Origin: an uncultured delta proteobacterium
GTDB lineage: Bacteria > Desulfobacterota > Binatia > UBA9968
Reading direction: 5' to 3'
DNA: 64,000 nucleotides
Assembly: GCA_963816145.1 (NCBI GenBank)
Contig: CAWFJP010000030.1
Coordinates: 64,001 to 128,000 of the forward strand
In this document: positions 60,758-64,000 of the stretch, in pieces
Position numbering within the stretch: position 1 is the stretch's first letter
Layout of the letters: each line of letters opens with the position of its first letter
Translations under genes and position numbers: made by a program
Notes under the pieces: generated by a model
Database searches by the model: none
Told to the model about the DNA's origin: nothing
What the model saw: only the letters and a program-made list of their open reading frames with translations

Positions 60758-60988
60758 TCAATCTCTGTGAGCCGGCGGATGATTCCGCCACCCACCCCGC
60801 TCACACCAAGCTTCCCCCCAGCGGGCTGCTTCTTCTTTCTGGTCACCGTAACGTTTTTGCACAGCCCCACGGATCGTGGCGTCATCACCGGCAACTGCCA
60901 GAAGATCGCTATCCGTTAGCTGACCCCAGTGCTTCTTCAGCTTTCGCGTGAAATGTTGCCAACTCCCTTTGAATTGGTCCTTGTTCAT
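60758..60988 (-). CDS. CsbD family stress protein
   Basis: MNKDQFKGSWQ...WGQLTDSDL...VQKRYG. Confidence 0.85.
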   Translation of the reverse strand: MNKDQFKGSWQHFTRKLKKHWGQLTDSDLLAVAGDDATIRGAVQKRYGDQKEEAARWGEAWCERGGWRNHPPAHRD

Positions 60989-61018
60989 AAATTCAACCTC
61001 CTTATAGGCGATGTCACC

Positions 61019-61048
61019 GGGGGAGGCGGCCAACTTCTCCGCCTCCCC
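61019..61048. terminator. Strong GC hairpin between co-oriented genes
   Basis: ggggaggcgg-ccaacttct-ccgcctcccc; no clear U-tract, so it may be a stabilising hairpin. Confidence 0.4.
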
Positions 61049-61093
61049 CCTGGCGTGGAGGTACTAGTCAACGATGTCCAATTGTGAATGGGT

Positions 61094-61465
61094 TTACCTA
61101 GAAGCCCCGGCGCCTTCCATCGGTCCGGACTTGCTTACAGCGTCGGCCACTAGAATCCCGCCCTGGTCCCGATAGGAAACGTTCACCTTATCCCCGACCT
61201 TGATCGACTCCAGCGCCTTTTTAGTCGCGCTGGCCTGGACGTTGAGGCTAAGATCCTGCTCGGCGGTCTTGACCGATAGTTTGCCGGCTTTGGCCTCGAT
61301 AAAAGTCACTTCACCCGTCGCTCGCTTAGGGCCGGCTTTGTTTTCCACGCCCGACCCCGGGCTGGATGGTTTCGCGGGCATAGTTTCAGCGAAGCTCATT
61401 CCCGCCACTGCCAGCATTCCGACGCCGACCAAACATGATGTCATAACTTTATACCGCATAAGCAT
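61094..61465 (-). CDS. Secreted small OB-fold-like hypothetical protein
   Basis: Signal peptide; ATGEV..I.AKAGKLSV, IKVGDKVNVSY. Confidence 0.6.
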   Translation of the reverse strand: MLMRYKVMTSCLVGVGMLAVAGMSFAETMPAKPSSPGSGVENKAGPKRATGEVTFIEAKAGKLSVKTAEQDLSLNVQASATKKALESIKVGDKVNVSYRDQGGILVADAVSKSGPMEGAGASR

Positions 61466-61484
61466 TCTCCTTCTCGTTTTCACC

Positions 61485-61724
61485 TTATATATGCTGTCTG
61501 GAATCCGTCGCCTTGCGGGATTTGATCACGTTCTTATCGTACCAATCCTCCGCCCAGCGCTCTACTTCCTCTTTTTGGTCGCCGTAGCGCTTTTGAACAA
61601 CCCCGAGGAACTTGTCGTAATCACCCTCAGCCTCCAAAAGATCGTTGTCGGTGAATTGACCCCAGTGTTTCTTCACCTCCCCCTTAAACTGTCGCCAGCT
61701 CCCTTTGAATTGATCTTTATTCAT
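61485..61724 (-). CDS. CsbD family stress protein
   Basis: MNKDQFKGSWRQFKGEVKKHWGQFTDNDL...QKRYG; AAGGAGG RBS. Confidence 0.9.
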   Translation of the reverse strand: MNKDQFKGSWRQFKGEVKKHWGQFTDNDLLEAEGDYDKFLGVVQKRYGDQKEEVERWAEDWYDKNVIKSRKATDSRQHI

Positions 61725-62018
61725 AATTTTAACCTCCTTCATTCGTGAAACGCTCTTTCTCCTGCTTCCCGCTCAGCACCACCAATAGTTTGGTTCACCC
61801 GGTTCTTGTCGTCGAACACGAAGTCGTTTGCTTCGCCGATGTTGCCGTCCTTTGCGCCTATCGCAAACCCCTTCAGATCTCGCATCTTTTGCAGCATAGC
61901 GACCGATCTCCCTTTTCGCGTGAGAATTGTGGTTGTGCGGATGTAGGGTAAATAATAAATGAATCAACCATCGCGCGAATCACTCGATTGTGGGTGCGCT
62001 TATTACTGGCTGACTAAC

Positions 62019-62033
62019 GCACATACGGTGCCA
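62019..62033 (-). promoter_or_regulatory. sigma54-like promoter upstream of the CsbD genes
   Basis: TGGCAC-CGTAT-GTGC; upstream motif at 62108-62127. Confidence 0.55.
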
Positions 62034-62299
62034 AGCCGGTTGCTTCTACATAACGTTCGCGTTATCGGCGAGTTATGAATTTTCAATTCTTCGAATGAGT
62101 TGTCGACAGCAGAACTATTCCCTACACAAGTAACGGACAGGGTTAGAGATTTTCATGCGACGAACGACACGGTCAACGACCAAGGCGGGAGGCCCCGATC
62201 TCGTCGTCATCATTGGCGAGTTGACCGGGACCTTTGTATAGGCGGGGGTTATGGGAATTTGCTGGTAAGCCTCCAACGTCGTGCCACTTTCATCCCTTA

Positions 62300-62464
62300 T
62301 TAAACAGGCGGTCTTCGACCCATGACCAAGCCCACGAGAAATAGGATCAAAAACACGACGAACAGAATCCATGCGATCTGAGTTGCCGCACCCGCCACAC
62401 CGCTAAGGCCCAATACACCGGCAATCAGCGCGATAACCAGAAATGTAATAGCCCAATTCAACAT
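62300..62464 (-). CDS. DUF1328 (UPF0391/YtjA-like) small membrane protein (not in ORF track)
   Basis: [54 protein letters not shown]; GGAGG RBS. Confidence 0.9.
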   Translation of the reverse strand: MLNWAITFLVIALIAGVLGLSGVAGAATQIAWILFVVFLILFLVGLVMGRRPPV

Positions 62465-62527
62465 AGGCACCTCCCCCTTTCCGCGAACCTCGCGTTCGCT
62501 GATCTGATCTTTTTTAACCGCACTTGA

Positions 62528-62665
62528 TTACATTCGCACCAAGCCCAAGATACCGATCACGATAAAATAGAGAGCTACGATGTAGTTCAACAACCTCGGA
62601 ATCATTAGGATCAACATTCCGGCGATGAGTGCGACCAAGGGCTGCAGTGCGATATAAATTTGCAT
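62528..62665 (-). CDS. DUF3096 small membrane protein (not in ORF track)
   Basis: LQPLVALIAGMLILMIPRLLNYIVALYFIVIGILGL. Confidence 0.85.
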   Translation of the reverse strand: MQIYIALQPLVALIAGMLILMIPRLLNYIVALYFIVIGILGLVRM

Positions 62666-62721
62666 ATCTTAGGCACTCCAAAGACGCTCACTTGTCCGAG
62701 TCATGTCGCCTCGTTTAGATG

Positions 62722-63228
62722 CTATCGATTCCCGTTCCGAACTTTTTCGGCGATCACCGCCTCTTCGAGTTCTTCAACTCGAACTTTGGCGATTCCCTTG
62801 CCGGTCATTTCAAGAGCATTGGCCGCGGCTTGCGAGAGGTCGATCATGCGTCCCTCGGTATAGGGACCGCGGTCATTGATCAAAACTTCAACGGACTTTC
62901 CATTGGCCAAATGCGTGACTCTAACCCGACGCCCGAGCGGTATTGACCGATGTGCCGCAGTAAGCTTCGTCGGATCGAAGATGTCGCCACTGGCGGTCTT
63001 TTTCCCATTGAACCCGGGCCCGTACCAAGACGCCGCACCGATACGAATCTTGGCCGATGAGTCAGAACTTGAATTCACTGCATCATGCGCCGGCACAGGA
63101 TCACGGCCCGTTTGCAGGCGGGATCCCGGAACCCCTGTTAGGGAGCACCCTTGGATCGCCACCAAGGTCGATAGGATTACGGTGGTCCCAATCAGTCCGC
63201 TGCGGCGCGAATTCCTAGGTTCGATCAT
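62722..63228 (-). CDS. RlpA family lytic transglycosylase (DPBB domain) lipoprotein
   Basis: GAASWYG, KTASG, TAAHRS, INDRGPY, IDLS. Confidence 0.9.
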   Translation of the reverse strand: MIEPRNSRRSGLIGTTVILSTLVAIQGCSLTGVPGSRLQTGRDPVPAHDAVNSSSDSSAKIRIGAASWYGPGFNGKKTASGDIFDPTKLTAAHRSIPLGRRVRVTHLANGKSVEVLINDRGPYTEGRMIDLSQAAANALEMTGKGIAKVRVEELEEAVIAEKVRNGNR

Positions 63229-63270
63229 ACCCCTCGCCTAATTACGCAAATTTATCTGTAGGCTTAGCCA

Positions 63271-63387
63271 TCACGTGCAACCGCGAACCACAAACAAAAT
63301 AAATAACACCGGTATCGGCACACCGAGTGCCCACAGGAGAATCCAGCCGATTTTGCCCTTTTCGTTAGCTAGCATTGCGTTTCTCAT
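63271..63387 (-). CDS. 38-aa small membrane protein (not in ORF track)
   Basis: MRNAMLANEKGKIGWILLWALGVPIPVLFILFVVRGCT. Confidence 0.65.
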   Translation of the reverse strand: MRNAMLANEKGKIGWILLWALGVPIPVLFILFVVRGCT

Positions 63388-63510
63388 TTTCTTGTCAGCT
63401 ACGCTTAACATGCCGAATCGATCAATCCGCCAAGCGCACAAACCGGTAGTGCCAGAGTATTGCCGATAATCTTCGCAGTGCCGCTGCTTTCATTTTAAAC
63501 CTTCCCTTGC

Positions 63511-63693
63511 CTAAGCGATTTTTAGAACCCTCCGCCTTTTTAGCCGCACGCGTCGCGTAGTGAAGAGGTCTCTCACAATATGCGACACCAAAACGTTGGT
63601 ATTCGTCGAGCCTCGTGTTACCCGTGATACTTCATTGGTCACGGCCTCAATCAACTCGCCCAGCGTCGCTTTCTTTCGTAGTTCCATCGCCAT
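63511..63693 (-). CDS. 60-aa hypothetical helical protein (similar to 59268..59435)
   Basis: GAGGGG RBS; ATLGELIEAVTNEV...VSHIVRDLF. Confidence 0.6.
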   Translation of the reverse strand: MAMELRKKATLGELIEAVTNEVSRVTRGSTNTNVLVSHIVRDLFTTRRVRLKRRRVLKIA

Positions 63694-63768
63694 ACTCGCA
63701 CCCCCTCAACTTCGTATTCTCGTCTTTTGCGGAGTTCGATTTATCGTCGAGATATTTGAGCGGTTGGA

Positions 63769-63783
63769 GCAACGGTCATGCCA
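63769..63783 (-). promoter_or_regulatory. sigma54 -24/-12 promoter
   Basis: TGGCAT-GACCG-TTGC(T). Confidence 0.75.
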
Positions 63784-64000
63784 GCGCATGAGCGAATGAA
63801 AATTCTCCCGAGTTAACGAGGCTCTTACTTGATCTTGCCGCACGGACAGTCACCCAAGCCGGCAGCGCTTTTCATGCAAACTGTCAGGAATTCACCTCTT
63901 GGGTAGGTTTTCCGCTGACGCTTTTGCAAGATGTGGCGTCTCGTTGGTTCGCTGATCCTCGTGGCAGCGCGGTTACTTATATAGAGTTTGTCGGCTGCGC

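Noticed and set aside
1-64000. CRISPR array, cas genes, rRNA, reverse transcriptase or intact integrase
   Set aside because: No repeat-spacer array or diagnostic protein motifs seen by eye; the repeats present are palindromic, intragenic or simple duplications

Overview
Bacterial, GC-rich, probably metagenomic sequence. The gene content (many solute-binding proteins, sigma54 systems, divergent glnS/gltX) suggests a deltaproteobacterial or Ca. Binatia-like organism; this is inference only. 1-20.5 kb: molybdo-hydroxylase subunits, Bug/TctC and NMT1-type binding proteins, an amidase with a small partner, an amidohydrolase, pyrE, an M20 carbamoylase-pyrR pair and an Fe3+/PgtC-like ABC transporter, with 9-nt-periodic palindromic intergenic repeats. 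20.5-33 kb: a co-oriented signalling block (VTC/CYTH enzyme, MFS, PhnD-like binding protein, HAMP kinase, pseudo-REC/pseudo-AAA+/HisKA fusion, NtrC-type activator, hybrid kinase) whose upstream half is visibly more AT-rich, then an HTH/FadL-like cassette flanked by a duplicated glnS 3' end. 33-36.4 kb: glnS, gltX, tRNA-Gln(CUG), tRNA-Glu(CUC). 36.4-45 kb: accessory region (small alarmone-hydrolase-like HD protein, broken IS1380-like transposase, DUF445, FGE-sulfatase domain protein, erythromycin-esterase-like protein). 44.5-64 kb: general-stress-like cluster (poly-HAMP hybrid kinase, CsbD x2, DUF1328, DUF3096, glycine-zipper lipoproteins, RlpA, orphan receivers) with seven sigma54 -24/-12 promoters, five of which share a helically phased upstream motif. 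Many single-base indels in homopolymers suggest uncorrected long-read errors. All calls come from visual motif recognition; no searches were run.
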